A DNA stretch of 64,000 nt from contig BQFW01000015.1 in assembly GCA_020891255.1 (NCBI GenBank), positions 930,001 through 994,000 of the forward strand, in the 5' to 3' direction. Below, in pieces: positions 1 to 12,666 of this stretch. Every line of letters begins with the position of its first letter. The stretch's first letter is position 1. This stretch comes from Entomortierella parvispora E1425. Lineage: Eukaryota > Fungi > Mortierellomycota. The position numbers were made by a program, and so were the translations under genes. The notes beneath the pieces were generated by a model. That model saw only the letters and a program-made list of their open reading frames with translations, had not been told where the DNA came from and ran no database searches.

Positions 1-28
1 ACCCTTTCCTCAACCATCCTCTCCTTCA

Positions 29-2283
29 ATGAGATTCCTCTCCATCTCAGCCGCCGTGGCATTGGCCTCGGCAGCCATGGTCGCTGCTGACCTTTCCAAG
101 ATTGTTCGAATTGACCCTGCCAACCAACAATTCATTGATGCACAAGGTCGATCCCGATTCTTCCATGGAACCAACATGGTCAAGAAATCTCCCCCATATC
201 ACGCAGACGTAAACACATTCGTCCCTGGCTATTCTGTTGTTGACAGAGATATCCAGGTCTTGAAGGATCTGAACATTAACAGCGTTCGTCTTGGTAAGAA
301 CTAACTTGGCAGAACCTCCCTCTGAGTATACGTCCAAGGATTGACCTAGAGGTGCTTCGTCCACTGTACCGCACTAGGTGTCCATTGGGCTGGTGTTGAA
401 CCCGTTCGCGGTCAGTACAACCAAACTTACCTTGACATCACCTATGGCATCATCAAGAAACTCCAAGACAACGGTATCTACGCCTTGCTCGATCAGCATC
501 AAGACGTTTGGGCTCCCCAGCTCTGCGGTCACGGCGCACCTCCGGTAAGATGGCCGCATCTCGCGTTTTGTTCTTGAGGACGCGTCTACCCAGTTCTAAC
601 CTCTTACATGTCCTTAATAGTGGTTTGTCAAGCCTGGCTGGGTTGCTCCAGGGCATATGATGCCCGTTCCCCAGAAATCCACTCCTTTCGCGGTGGATGC
701 CAACGGCATCCCATCGGCTGCGGACTGCAACTCCATCGACTGGGCTACTTCCTACCTCAACTATGCGGTTGGCAATGCTTTCGGGCGTCTCTATAACAAC
801 TACGATAACCTAGGAGATGCCTGGGCTTTGTTCTGGAAGACAGTGTCGACCAACTTTCACCAACTGCCAGGTGTTTTGGGATATAACCTCATGAATGGTA
901 ACGGTCCAACGCGTTTTTTTTTTCTGCCATTCTTTGTTCTCACGATTTTTTTTAAAAAATTTCCAATGGGTCACCCCCTAACGCTATTCTCTTTTGTCTT
1001 TTTGTATGCAACAGAGCCCTGGGTGGGTGACCACATGGCGGATCCCACACTCCTAATTCCTGGAAAGGCTGATGGTGTCAACATGGAGCCTCTTTGGAAC
1101 AAGGGTACGGCCCAGATCCGCACCATCGACAACACCACTATCGTCTTTTTTGAAGGATCAACCTACGATATCTTGAACGGATTCAACAATGTTCCGGGTG
1201 GAGATGGCACCCGTGCGGCTCAATCGTATCATTACTACAAACCCCCTCAACTGGGATCGATCGAGACCACAATGAAGAACAGGATCAAGGATGCGACCCG
1301 TCTGAGGTCAGCCAATATGATGACCGAGTTCCAGTTCTGGGGATCGGACAAAGATACTTTGGCTTTGATCTTGGAGGCTACTCAAATGGCGGACACCTAC
1401 TTGCAGTCCTGGCAGGGATGGGCCTACGAGGAGCTGTGGAGTGGTGACAATTACAGTGCTCCGCTAGCAAGACTGTATGCTCGAACGTATGCCGAGGCCA
1501 CGGCCGGAGTGACAAAGACGTTGTACTTCCAAGATACTACCGCCAAGTACTGGGTCTCTTGGGTCGCTAACACCGCTATCACTGCACCTGGTCTTGTCAG
1601 GATTGCTCCCAAGACCTACTACCCCGATGGCATCCGCGTCTTCTTTGTGCCCGCTGGTACTGGTACCTACACTATGGAAAACGAGAACGTTGTCCAGCTC
1701 CACTACACCTCTGCTGCCCAGAAAGGTCAAACCATCCAGGCTAGTGTTCAGCCTTACTTCCCTACAGATATCATCAAGGTCTCCGCTTCCACTGGTTTCT
1801 GCATGGATAACGGCAACGGCTATGTCACTCCTGTAAGTTATTGTTCTTTGTAACCCATCAGTTTCTCGTAGTCCTTTTGGAAGCTCTCTAACAACATGCG
1901 TTTTTTAATGGTCTTTTTGATAGAATAACCCCATCATCATCTGGGGATGCTCTTCATCCGCGAACCAGGTCTGGAAGTTCAAGAACGGCACCATTTCCTT
2001 GGCGTTTGATCCATCCCACAACCACGATACCTTCTGTTTGGATACCCAGCCCATTGCTTCAAAGACTTATTTTAGCGCTGTGCTGAACCCTTGCCAAGCC
2101 GGTTCCCAGACCCAGCAATGGTCTGTGAATGCTGCTGGAAACATTATCAACGCTGCCACCGGTTATTGCATGGACGTCACCGGAAGCACCTACAAAGCGG
2201 GCACCACTGTGATCACTTATCCTTGCTCTGGAAATCCTAACCAGTCCTGGATCTTGCCCCGTGGTGCTTCTGGCACGTGGTAA
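29..2283 (+). CDS. Secreted GH5 endoglycoceramidase-like glycoside hydrolase with C-terminal ricin-B (CBM13) lectin domain, paralog 1
   Basis: Five exons (29-293, 378-544, 621-897, 1015-1832, 1924-2283) with GT-AG introns. Signal peptide MRFLSISAAVALASA; GH5/EGCase motifs RFFHGTN, LLDQHQD, acid/base LMNEPW (spliced), nucleophile MMTEFQFW; QxW ricin repeats (NQVW, TQQW, NQSW). Confidence 0.88.
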
Positions 2284-3919
2284 ACGTCCTGTAGTGAAGA
2301 GATGCCATAACATGCTTCCAGGCAATACATCAAAAATAATAAAACAAACGGCCTTTGGATGGTCTTCAAGAGCAAGTTTGCTTAAGCGGCACCTTCAACA
2401 TTCTGAGAAGTAGAGGGTGGGAAAGCACACGAACGCGATTGGGCGCTGGTGAAAGGGGGCGAGAGCACATGGAACCGTTGAGTAAACAACTCGGAAATTT
2501 CTGCACCGTAAGTCGGGCGCAAATGGCCGAAACAGGGAACTAAACCTTCGGCTCCATGTCCACCCTGCTGACATTGGCGTTGGTGAAAAGTTCATCCAGT
2601 CGACCTGACTAATCGTTTTTGCCCATCAGTGCCCGTCTGCCTCGTCTACAACAAGCAGGGTAAAATAGGAAATCCGGCACCATAGGGGAAGTCGCTTCTT
2701 GCCTCAAACTTTGATCAATGATTTGACCCAAAAAAAAAAAAAAAAAAAAAAAAAAAATAAGACTGTACCATGCTTTTCCTGAACCCATCGAGACTCTAAC
2801 GCTACACTGTCGGGTCCTTCATTCTGGCTTGTTGCTATAGCGAAGCTGAAGAAGCTTGCTCGATCGCAGCTCTTGAGTTAAAACATCTCTCCGGCTATAA
2901 AGTGACCAAGCAGAAATATCCCTTTTGTGTCTGTGTTCCACTGAGATTCAGCATTCAGGATGACGAAGGTGAGAACAAAAGAGAGCACAATTGAGAGCCA
3001 ACGTCTCTAGAGTCCACCAGACCAAAAAAAGTCCAGAGTTCTTCCATGTCCCTCTCCCCCTCTTGTTTACTTTGAACCAGAGAAAGTTGAGAGGGCACGA
3101 TAGCTGCAGAGATCCACATTCCTCAAATAACACTTTAACTTGTGGAGAGCAAGCTACTGACAAAGTCAAGGGCGTGGAGCGAGAGAAGGGAGGAGAGGAC
3201 TTATTGTTTGCGTAAAAACATAAGAGATGATCCAGGTAATCAGCCTCGCTTTGGGCGTTTTCCCAGCCTCTTTGGAATTATGAGGCAGCAATAGCAAACA
3301 GCCAATCTCAGGGGTCGTGGGAGCACGACGAGCAACCCGCCCTGCAAAACACCCGAGAGACGCGATTGATAAATTTCAGGGCCCAACCGAAGAAAAGTTT
3401 GTGTTCGTCCAACGCGAAATTCGGAAATACCATGTTGCTCTTGCGAGCTTGGACCCTTCGGCTGCCCTCTGAACTCGCAGTTTACACAAGGCTGGGGATG
3501 TTTATGGCAGTCCAGACTGAGTTCTCCCTCATCCTCCTGGAGTACAAACAATTACTCCTGCAGCTGTCTTGTTGACAAGAGGTCAGGGCCGTTAGAAACG
3601 ACGTCTGTTTTCCTGCGGCGCTTTGTTTACAGAAAGTGAGGAATGAGTTGACATGCGCGTGAACGTTAAGGAGCAAAAAGTAGACACAAAGCTGCATGGA
3701 GCAACTGGCAGACAAAAGAGTCCAAAGTGAAGAAACCACTCGGAACTGTGAACCTTCCTGTTCAATGTAGACATGGTCATGTCCATGCTCCACGATTTTT
3801 GCTTATATAGACCCATCAACCGCCCCTCGCTTTTTTTTTCCTTTCCTCTTTTTGGCTCTTCGTTCTCTTTTACTTTTCCACTCCAAGAGTCACCCATCCT
3901 TTTCCTCATTCCCTCCTCG

Positions 3920-6241
3920 ATGAGATTTCTCTCCATCTCAGCCGCGGTATTGGCCTCGGTAGCCTTGGTCACTGCCGACCTGTCCAAGATTGTTCGAGTT
4001 GACCCTGCCAGCCAACAATTCATTGATGCCAACGGTCGTTCTCGATTCTTCCATGGAACCAACATGATCAAGAAAGTACCTCCATATCATGCGGACATCA
4101 ATCAATTCGACCCTGGTTACTCCCTTGTTGACAGGGATATCCAGGTCTTGAAGGATCTGAACATCAACAGCATTCGTCTTGGTAAGAATCTACTTGATGT
4201 AGCTTTTTTTTCCGAGTGCAAGATCTGTAACTGACACAGGACATACTTTTGTCGACTGTGTTTAGGTGTTCAATGGACTGGTGTTGAACCAGTTCGTGGT
4301 CAATACAACCAAACTTACCTCGATATCACCGGTACCATCATCCAGAGGCTGCAAGACAACGGTATCTACGCCTTGCTCGATCAGCATCAAGATGTTTGGG
4401 CTCCTCAGCTTTGCGGTGAGGGCGCACCTGACGTACGAAACCCAGCATCTCATGTTTTGTTCCCAAGGATGTGTCCACTACTTAGTTCTAACCTTCTTAC
4501 GTGTTCCTAATAGTGGTTCGTCCAACCCGGTTGGGTCATTCCTAGCGATATGATGCCCGTCCCTCAGCAGTCTACTCCTTTTGCTGTGGATGCCAATGGC
4601 ATGCCTTCTGCAGCGGACTGCGACTCGATCGATTGGTCAACCTCTTACCTCGACTACGCAGTTGGCAATGCATTCGGACGACTTTATAACAACTACGACA
4701 GCCTGGGTGATGCCTGGGCTCTATACTGGAAGACAGTTGTGACCAATTACCACATGCTGCCAGGTGTTTTGGGATATGATCTCATGAACGGTAACACTCC
4801 AACGCGTGTTTGTTCTTTTGTCTTTTCTTTTTTTTTTTTTTTTTGTTCTCACGCTCTTCTTAGATTCTTCAAGTTTTCTTAATTTTTTGTGTGGTCTATT
4901 GTCACACCCTTTCAACTGAGCAGCTCCTTAACGCTATTCTCTCCTACTCTTGCCATCTACAATAGAGCCCTGGGTCGGCGACCATATGGCGGATCCTACA
5001 CTTCTGATTCCTGGAAGGGCTGACAGTGTCAACCTAGAGCCTCTCTGGAATAAGGGTACGGCCCAGATCCGTACCGTCGACAACACCACCATTGTTTTCT
5101 TTGAAGGTGTGACATTCGATATCTTGAGTGGGTTCGAAAATGTGCCCGGTGGAGATGGTACCCATACGGCTCAATCGTACCATTACTACAAGCCCCCTCA
5201 ACTGGGATCGGTCGAGACCACGATCCAGAACAGGATCACGGATGCGACACGTTTGAAGACTACTGGCATGATGACCGAGTTCCAATTCTGGGGATCAGAT
5301 AACGCGACCTTGGCTTTGATCTTGGAGGCTGCTCAAATGGCAGACACATACATGCAGTCCTGGCAAGGATGGTCCTACGAGGAGCTGTGGAGTGGTGACA
5401 ATTACAGTTTACCACTTGCTCAGATTTACGCTCGCACATATGCCGAGGCCACGGCCGGAGTGGCAAAGACGTTGTACTTCCAAGATACTACCGCCAAGTA
5501 CTGGGTCTCCTGGATCGCCGACACTTCCATCACTGCACCTGGTCTGATCAGGATTGCTCCTAATACCTACTACCCCGACGGCATCCGCGTCTTCTTTGTG
5601 CCCGCTGGTACTGGTACCTACACTATGGAAAACGAGAACGTCGTCCAGCTCCACTACACGTCTACAGCCGTGACTGGTCAAACCATCCAGGCTAGTGTAC
5701 AGCCTTATTTCCCTACAGATATCATCAAGAGCTCCGCCTCTACTGGTTTCTGCATGGACAATAGCAATGCTTTTGTCAACCCTGTAGGTTTTTATCTGGC
5801 GACTCTATGTTTTTTTATTTTTTTTTGGAAACTAACATCAGCCGTGTCATCTTTTTTTTTTTTCTTTTGACACTCCACCAGAACAACCCCATCATCATCT
5901 GGGGATGCTCTTCATCCGCGAACCAGGTCTGGAAGTTCAAGAATGGCACCATCTCTTTGGCGTTTGATCCATCCCACAACCACGATACCTTCTGTTTGGA
6001 TACCCAGCCCATTGCTTCAAAGACTTATTTTAGCGCTGTGTTGAACCCTTGCCAAGCTGGTTCCCAGACCCAGCAATGGTCTGTGAATGCTGCCGGAAAC
6101 ATTATCAACGCTTCCAATGGCTACTGCTTGGACATCACTGGAAGCACTTACAAGGCCGGTACCGATGTGATCACTTACCCTTGTTCAGGAAATCCTAACC
6201 AGGAATGGATCCTCCCCCGTGGCGCCTCTGGCACGTGGTAA
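3920..6241 (+). CDS. Secreted GH5 endoglycoceramidase-like hydrolase + ricin-B lectin, paralog 2
   Basis: Same five-exon structure (3920-4181, 4266-4432, 4514-4790, 4966-5783, 5882-6241); same motifs, including CGEGAPDW, NEPW and TEFQFW. Confidence 0.88.
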
Positions 6242-6319
6242 ATAGTGCTATCTGAGAGATACAATAAAAATCTGCTAAGGATATCAACTGTGAGGTCCAG
6301 TCCAGGGTCTTTCCTTAAA

Positions 6320-7246
6320 CAGTTCTGGGGAGTAGATGCACAATACTTGGAGAACATCCGTAACACCGTCCAATTGGCAGACAAATATTTGGTCTCCTGG
6401 CTAGGATAGGCCTACGAAAATCTTTGGCATGACGACGATTAAATACCGCCCTGAATTGGCACAACGGTAAGGCCACAGCTGGTGTGGCACAAACAATGTA
6501 CTTCCAGGATACCACCGCAAGTACTGGGTCTCCTGGGTCTCCAACACTGCCATCACCGCCCCTGGTCTGATCAAAATTGCTCCCAAGTTTTAATACCCCG
6601 ATGGCATTCGCGTCTTTTTTTCATCCCGCTGGTACTGGTACCTACACCATGGAGAACGACAATGTGGTCCAGCTCCACTACACGTCTGCAGCCCGAAACG
6701 GTCAAACCATTCTGGCCAGTGTCCAGCATTACTTCCCAACATATGTCGTCAAGGTCGCTGCTTCCACTGGTTCAGCAACAGTGGCTATGTCACCCCTTCA
6801 ATTTTTTTTCTTCTCGTCAACTCGGTGAATTTTTCGTGGTCATTTGGAACACCATGAACAGCGTGTACTTTTTTTCATGCTTTTCACTAGAACAACCCTA
6901 GCGTCATCTGGGATTCTCAACCTGGAATCAAGTATGGAAGTTCGAGGACGGCGCCGTCTCTTTGGCGTTTGATCCATCTTACAATCACGACACCTGCTAC
7001 ATGAATACACAGCCCTGTCCTGGCAACCCTTAAAGTAATGTTGTGTTGAATCCTTGCCAAGCAGGATCTCAGACCTAGCAATGGTTTGTGAATGCTGCAG
7101 GAAACATCATCAATGCCTTTAATGGCGGGTGTCTGGACGTCACTGAAAGCAGATTCCGCGATGGAACACCCTTGGTCACTTACCCTTGCAATAGAAGCTC
7201 TAACCAGGTTTGGATCCTTCCCCGTGGCGCCCCTGGCAGGTGGTAA
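6320..7246 (+). pseudogene. 5'-truncated, frameshifted third GH5/ricin paralog
   Basis: Starts ~80 nt after the paralog 2 stop with QFWGVDAQYL..ADKYLVSWLG*AYENLW (TAG at 6407 where paralogs have Trp). Further stops and indels; clear DNA similarity to paralogs through the ricin exon ending ...ILPRGAPGRW*. Confidence 0.85.
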
Positions 7247-7330
7247 TGGGAGAATACCACAATATTCTGTGCTTCAACAGGTGTGTGTTTTGTTACGATA
7301 TGCAAAAAAAACCCGCAACGATTTGCTTTA

Positions 7331-9213
7331 TTACATCTTAGGTCCACCTTTCTTCACCTTGCCTGAGTATTGCCTCTCCCTCTTCTCTGAGACCCAACGC
7401 TCATGCTTTCTCCAAAAGGCCAGGGTCCGGTCGTCCAACCTCTCACATAATCCACGCTCCACTGTGGCCTGCTCAGAGAAGACCAAAGCTTCGCCTCGGC
7501 CTTTGACTCCGATATCGCTAGGTAAAAGTCCGCTCATAAACCCCACACCAGTGGAAGAGTTATCCCTATGGCAACGGGTGAGCCCATATTGGCGGTTAGT
7601 CTCGCCCCACGCGAACAAAATCCAGATCTCCATCATTCGACGCGACAATTCTTTCTCGGCGGGATCCTTGAACAGAGCCAAAGCGGCGTCGGAGCCAAAC
7701 ACAAACGGGATCTCAATCGCATGATGAGCCCCGATAAAGATTCCCATATCCTCCATGAGCTTCAACGGACGATCAAAGTGGAACCGAACTAGGTCCAATG
7801 CTGGACTCTCCTTCTTCATCAGAGCTAGACTCGTTGCATGTGTTGGGTAAAGAAAAACTGAATCCGAGATAACCCTGGACGAAATCTGACGAGCCTCCTT
7901 ATCTGTTTTGGGGATCCCATAGATCTGTTCGAATTCCCGACGACTGACTTCATCTGGTGGACAGTTGCGAGCAAAGAACTTATCCCATCTTTTCATTGAT
8001 TTGGCGCCCAAGAACGGAACAAACGTTCGACCTTCATCCCGACAATCGCCTAACATGACAGCCTCGATTCCTTGATCGTAGGCGCGAGGGTCGTGAAGTT
8101 GTATGCGAGGATCCTGATGGATTAGGATGTCATCGATCGTAGGGGTGAACATGCCTACGCGTCCAAAGTCGCCAGCCTTGACCAACTCTGTAGCATCAAT
8201 AGCCCTCAATAGCTCCAGCTTCTCGGCTCCTGTCAATGGCTGGTCAGCGGCGCTCTGCAGACCAAAGTGTCGGCAAAGATGATCAAAATACCGTTGTCCT
8301 TCAATTTCAGCTCTTCCTGCAGCCATCGTGGTAGCGGCTCCGGATTGCAAGATGACTTTTTGGAACAGACCATGATTTTCAGGTATCAAGAGATGATAGC
8401 TGATAGACACTGCTCCTGCGGATTCTCCAAAGGCTGTGACATCTTGAGAGCTTCCTCCAAAAACATCAATATGGTCCCGAACCCACTCCAAAGCCATTTT
8501 TTGATCCATAAGACCCCAATTGCCAACACTGCCTCGAGACCGTGCCAGATTTTGAGGGAGAGTGGCATCGTGCTTCAGTTCTGCAGAGGACATAAAACCA
8601 AGGTAGTTGAGTCGATAATTGATGGTGACTAAAATCACGGGTCGTCCAATACGAATCGAATGCGCCACAAAGTTGGATCCATCATAGAGAGGAAGGGCGT
8701 TGCTTCCGTGAACAAAGCCTCCACCGTGGATCCAGACCATGACGGGAATCAAGGCGTTCGCTTTGGAGAGATGGTCTAGGGGTGCAAAGATGTTCAGATT
8801 TAGGCAGTGCTCCTCCGAATAGGTGATGACTTCCTGAGTTGCTCCAGCATTGTTATCGTCTCGGTTCATAGCCGCCATGGGGTCTGCTTGAGCTGGCTGT
8901 GGGCAAGCAGGTCTAATATAATAAAGATCAATAGAAGGAGACAGATACTGAGTACTGGCGATCTTGCGTGATAGTTTGTCCAACTTTTGCACATAGACCT
9001 GTTGGTCAACCTGCAAGCTGTCTCTTACCCCAGAACAGTGCAATCGCGAACATTGCTCCATGCAGCTGCTTTGAAGGCTGGACGCCAGCGCTCAGGTACG
9101 GTTGCATAAGGAACGTTCAAGAACTTTGCAACTGAAGGTTGAGTCTTAACCTGGAGACCTTGAACGGCGCCACATCCAGGGATCGTTATTTGAGGGTCGC
9201 GAGACACAGGCAT
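7331..9213 (-). CDS. Type-B carboxylesterase/lipase (alpha/beta hydrolase)
   Basis: Exon 1 9213-9029 (MPVSRDP..FLNVPYA..PERW), intron 9028-8913, exon 2 to 7331. Motifs SEEHCLNLNIF, WIHGGGF, GESAG nucleophile, DEG acid, AHHAIEIP histidine. Confidence 0.92.
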
Positions 9214-9465
9214 CTGAGCTGAAAAGTCAAAGGTGGACTGGTTTTGCCTGAAACAATGGAGTGTGTATTGCCAGCAAAAGGAAGAAATGGGGAAATGGAA
9301 AATGTTTGAAAAATTAGAAAAGCAAGAAAGAAAAAAAGGGTGGTACAAAGCCAATTCGTTCACTTTACATGATGACCGTGGACCGAGCCCTTGTTTTTGT
9401 AGAGCAGCAACACATAGGCCACCATCGTTCATGGCGCCACTAGAAAGGCTTGCTTTATTCTTGCT

Positions 9466-9717
9466 TCATTTCTTTGACCCCTGCTGCTTCTTGGCCAAAT
9501 GCTCCAGGTCCCGGGCTCGACTATCCTGGACCAGCTTCCCAATTTGCGTCATGGTCAACCCTCCTGGTCCCTTGATTTTATCGGGGTCCAGCTCGGTCTT
9601 TGTGCGACTGCTGCTCTGTTGCTTCTCTTGTGAGTTTGACGATGAGGGGGTCCTTGACACTCTGGGCGGAGTGACGCCTCTCCCAACGCCACTACTGTAA
9701 TTCCGAGTTGCCTGCAT
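9466..9717 (-). CDS. Small basic hypothetical protein, possibly mitochondrial (R/S/T-rich N-terminus); true start may lie upstream
   Basis: 83-aa ORF with protein-like composition; no family recognised. Confidence 0.3.
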   Translation of the reverse strand: MQATRNYSSGVGRGVTPPRVSRTPSSSNSQEKQQSSSRTKTELDPDKIKGPGGLTMTQIGKLVQDSRARDLEHLAKKQQGSKK

Positions 9718-10173
9718 GCATGCTCGTGTGAAACTGTTGATGGTCGAAAAAAAACTCCGAATGTTAAAGCCATGAATCGAAATCTCAGCGTCCCTCCCAC
9801 AATGATTGCCTCTCTTTACTTGATGGTTCCAAGTGCTTTTGTAAACATCATGTTGAATAAATGTGATCCGGCAAACGAAAGAGGGATGTGTCTTTGCAGG
9901 CTCAAGTTTTAGTTAGGCAAGCCAAAGGGAACGACCCCGTCGTGTGGCTTAGAACATGAGTCTCCCTCTTGCTTTGCGAAGGCGCGCGCGTTCTTTTCGT
10001 GCCAAGGCAGGCGCGACCAACAAAAGCACAGTTCCAAGCCCTCGAGTGGCATAGGCAGCTCTTTCATCTTCAGATTGTGCTGGAGAGATTCACATTCCAT
10101 TGGGTATTTCGTCCTACTTTGGACTAGTAAGGGTGCACCCTTCCCGGATATGGCTGTCGATCATAGGACCCCA

Positions 10174-10989
10174 ATGAAGTCCTCTGCTCTTTCTCCGTCA
10201 CAACGCACCAATCACCTCGAGAACACCTACCAGGCAGACCCTCTTGGTCACTTTCAGCGCTATCCTCACCCATGTTCTTGTAGCTGAAGCGGACATAATT
10301 CGCGACCAAGACGACCCCTTGATCGCTTGTCGTACAGGGACTAACAACCTCTCTTCTTCACCTTCAGCCTTGGATATTGATGGGGCTCACATCCTGCTCC
10401 AAAACGATGTCCACAGTCAGATAAAAAAAGATCATGTCGTTCTTCTGTTATCGAAACCCAGATCTTATCGCGATGCCATGGCTGCATGTGCCACATTTGG
10501 TGAAGGTAATAAGAGGATCACTTTAAGGTAACAAATGAAGGGCTCTTTGTAACTTTTGTAACCCTTCTTTGGGCTTTTTTGCAGAAGGCTACTCTGCCAC
10601 CTCTCCAAGTCGTAATCGAGCCAAGGATGGCCCAGGTTGTTATTGATCGCTTCTCGACTTTTGCAAAGACAGGAAATCCAAACCCAAACTCATGGCGTGA
10701 GAGCGGGTCGGCAGCAGGGAACCCGGGTGTGACCTCTGTTCAATAGAGCCCCTATACCGAGAGTAGAATGAACCCTGTCATGGTTTTGGGAGTACCGCAA
10801 AGTGTATTGCGTGTTAATGAGGGTAGGGATCGGTGTACTTGGATCAAGAACAATAACCTCAAATACGACTACCAAGTGTATGGGTCAAGCAGCTACGAGA
10901 ATAACGTCGAGCATCCAGAAGTAGCACAGGTTGGAATAAAAGAACTGAAGAGACGGCGCCCAGACGCTTCTTGCAAGTTCAAAAACTGA
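10174..10989 (+). pseudogene. Internally deleted carboxylesterase type-B relic (N-terminus joined to C-terminus, catalytic core absent)
   Basis: ATG 10174 is one base out of frame with a signal-like LLVTFSAILTHVLVA and HILLQND..LLLSKPRSYRDAMAACATFGE. After an intron comes VIDRFSTFAKTGNPNP..VQ*SPY..KYDYQVY, a typical esterase C-terminus with an in-frame TAG. Confidence 0.65.
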
Positions 10990-11074
10990 TAGTATCCTTC
11001 TGGAATGAGCTTCCTGTGGATGGGGTACTTGCTTTTTCTTAAAAAAAATAATTCTATTCTGGTGCATTGGGCTA

Positions 11075-12371
11075 TCAGTTGTCGTCATCCTCTTCGTCTT
11101 CCTCCTCTGCTGCATCGGCACTGCCACCAGCGCCATTTCCATTGATGCCTGTACCCTTTGCTTTCCTCCGCTTCCAGACTGTTGACGGCGCCGCTGTTCT
11201 GTCTGAGAGTCCAATCAAGATCTTTCCATCCCACGCACTGTGACAGGTTGGGCAAACCGGACGGGCCATGTTTTTAAAATAGGCAGAGGCGCAGTGCTGA
11301 TGAAGCCGAGAACTGCATGCAGCGACCGTACAGCGCTGTCCTTTGGTAATGATCTCCATGCACAAAGTACATTCCTGAATCTGATCGTCATAAGTTTCCT
11401 TTAGGAAAGTTTGCAACTCCAACAATGACCTCATCGACAACGAGTATGCTCCAGCTCTAGCATCACAAAATAAAATTAAATTAAAATTAAAATAGTCAGT
11501 AAGAGAGTAGGATAGCTGGACAAGTAACGCTGGCAGGAACAAAGAAAACACACAAGGACTTACGTCGATTGAATGAACCACTGGTCAGCCACAAATCTGT
11601 CCAACAAAGCTTCGGCATCCTTTTTTGTCAGGGCCACAGCCTTATTTTCCTTGTTCTTCAGCTTTCCTGCTTCGTGAAGAGCAGCCGTTGAGCTGATGCA
11701 AAATGCCTCATCATCCGCCATAATGATGGCGTCCAGCTACCATGGAAAGTGATTGATACAAAAAGGTTAGATTCTACCGATGACTTTGCAGCCCGCGTCA
11801 GTCGAATCTGTTGAGTTTTCCTTATGCCCCTTACCAAATGTTTAAAGTACTCCAGTTCCGTTGGGCTATATCTGGTCGCTACCTGCGCAATCTTTTGACC
11901 ATTGGTGTTTGTCTACGTTGTTAACAGGGAAATATATGAAGTCCAGTCAGTTAAAAAGCTAACAGTACAGTGAAGCTCCTTTTTTGTTTGACCGAGGATT
12001 TGACAAATTTACCAGGGCAATAACTGGAACGCCAGTAACCTCGTCCTGTGCTCGTCGAAACTCCAGCTCCACACTATTGAGTCCTTCATTCAGCTGTGTG
12101 ATAAAATCCGAGAAGTTTTCTCGGTCGTAGGGTTCTACATGGCATGGAAAGTGGTTTCTAAAACGATGAGTTTTTTGGACCATTGAGGAAAAGATGTCAT
12201 TGTTGTTTTGCCACCAAAAAAAGCGAAAAATAGTGGAATCCTTTTCTTGCCTTCTGTCACTGTGCAGACTCGGCTGTATAGATCCTGCGCGGTGGCCTCG
12301 GTCATAAGACGCTTGGAAATGGCCGCCTGCAAGTAAAGTCGATGCAGGTCTGTGAATCCTGATGTGGCCAT
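11075..12371 (-). CDS. NSE1: Smc5/6 complex non-SMC subunit Nse1 (winged helix + RING-like)
   Basis: N-terminus HRLYLQAAISKRLM, INEGLNSVELEFRR..DEVTG..IALVN, C-terminal CTLCMEII..C..C..RLHQHC..CPTC; multi-exon. Confidence 0.9.
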
Positions 12372-12666
12372 GGCTGCTGGTTTGACGAGTTGCACAAGAA
12401 GGAGTCAAATGCACGGAGGAAACGATTCAACACTCAGGGAACCCATTTGAGTCCTCCAGAAAAAGCCACAGAAAAACGCGAATTTTTTGTATTTCTTCAC
12501 AGAACCGCCCTGAACGGACCCTCATCACCACAACTCACTCCAAGGACGCGACTGTCGACCAACTATTCAGTTTCATTTAGCAAACAGGAGACAGCATCAG
12601 ACCCATCATCAGAGCACACTTTGACGACTAGACATTAGGCAATCTCGAACCAGGACCTCAAACAGC

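Noticed and set aside
2730-2757. 28-nt poly(A) between GH5 paralogs as a retro-insertion tail
   Set aside because: No TSD or upstream element body recognised; long homopolymers are common in this window.
2948-3793. Short ORFs between GH5 paralogs
   Set aside because: No motifs or coherent exon structure.
6407-10750. RIP-like mutation or TAG readthrough suggested by Trp-to-TAG changes in two pseudogenes
   Set aside because: Only two events, both in genes with additional frameshifts; intact genes end normally in TAG; the repeated GH5 genes and the long retro ORF are not riddled with C-to-T changes.
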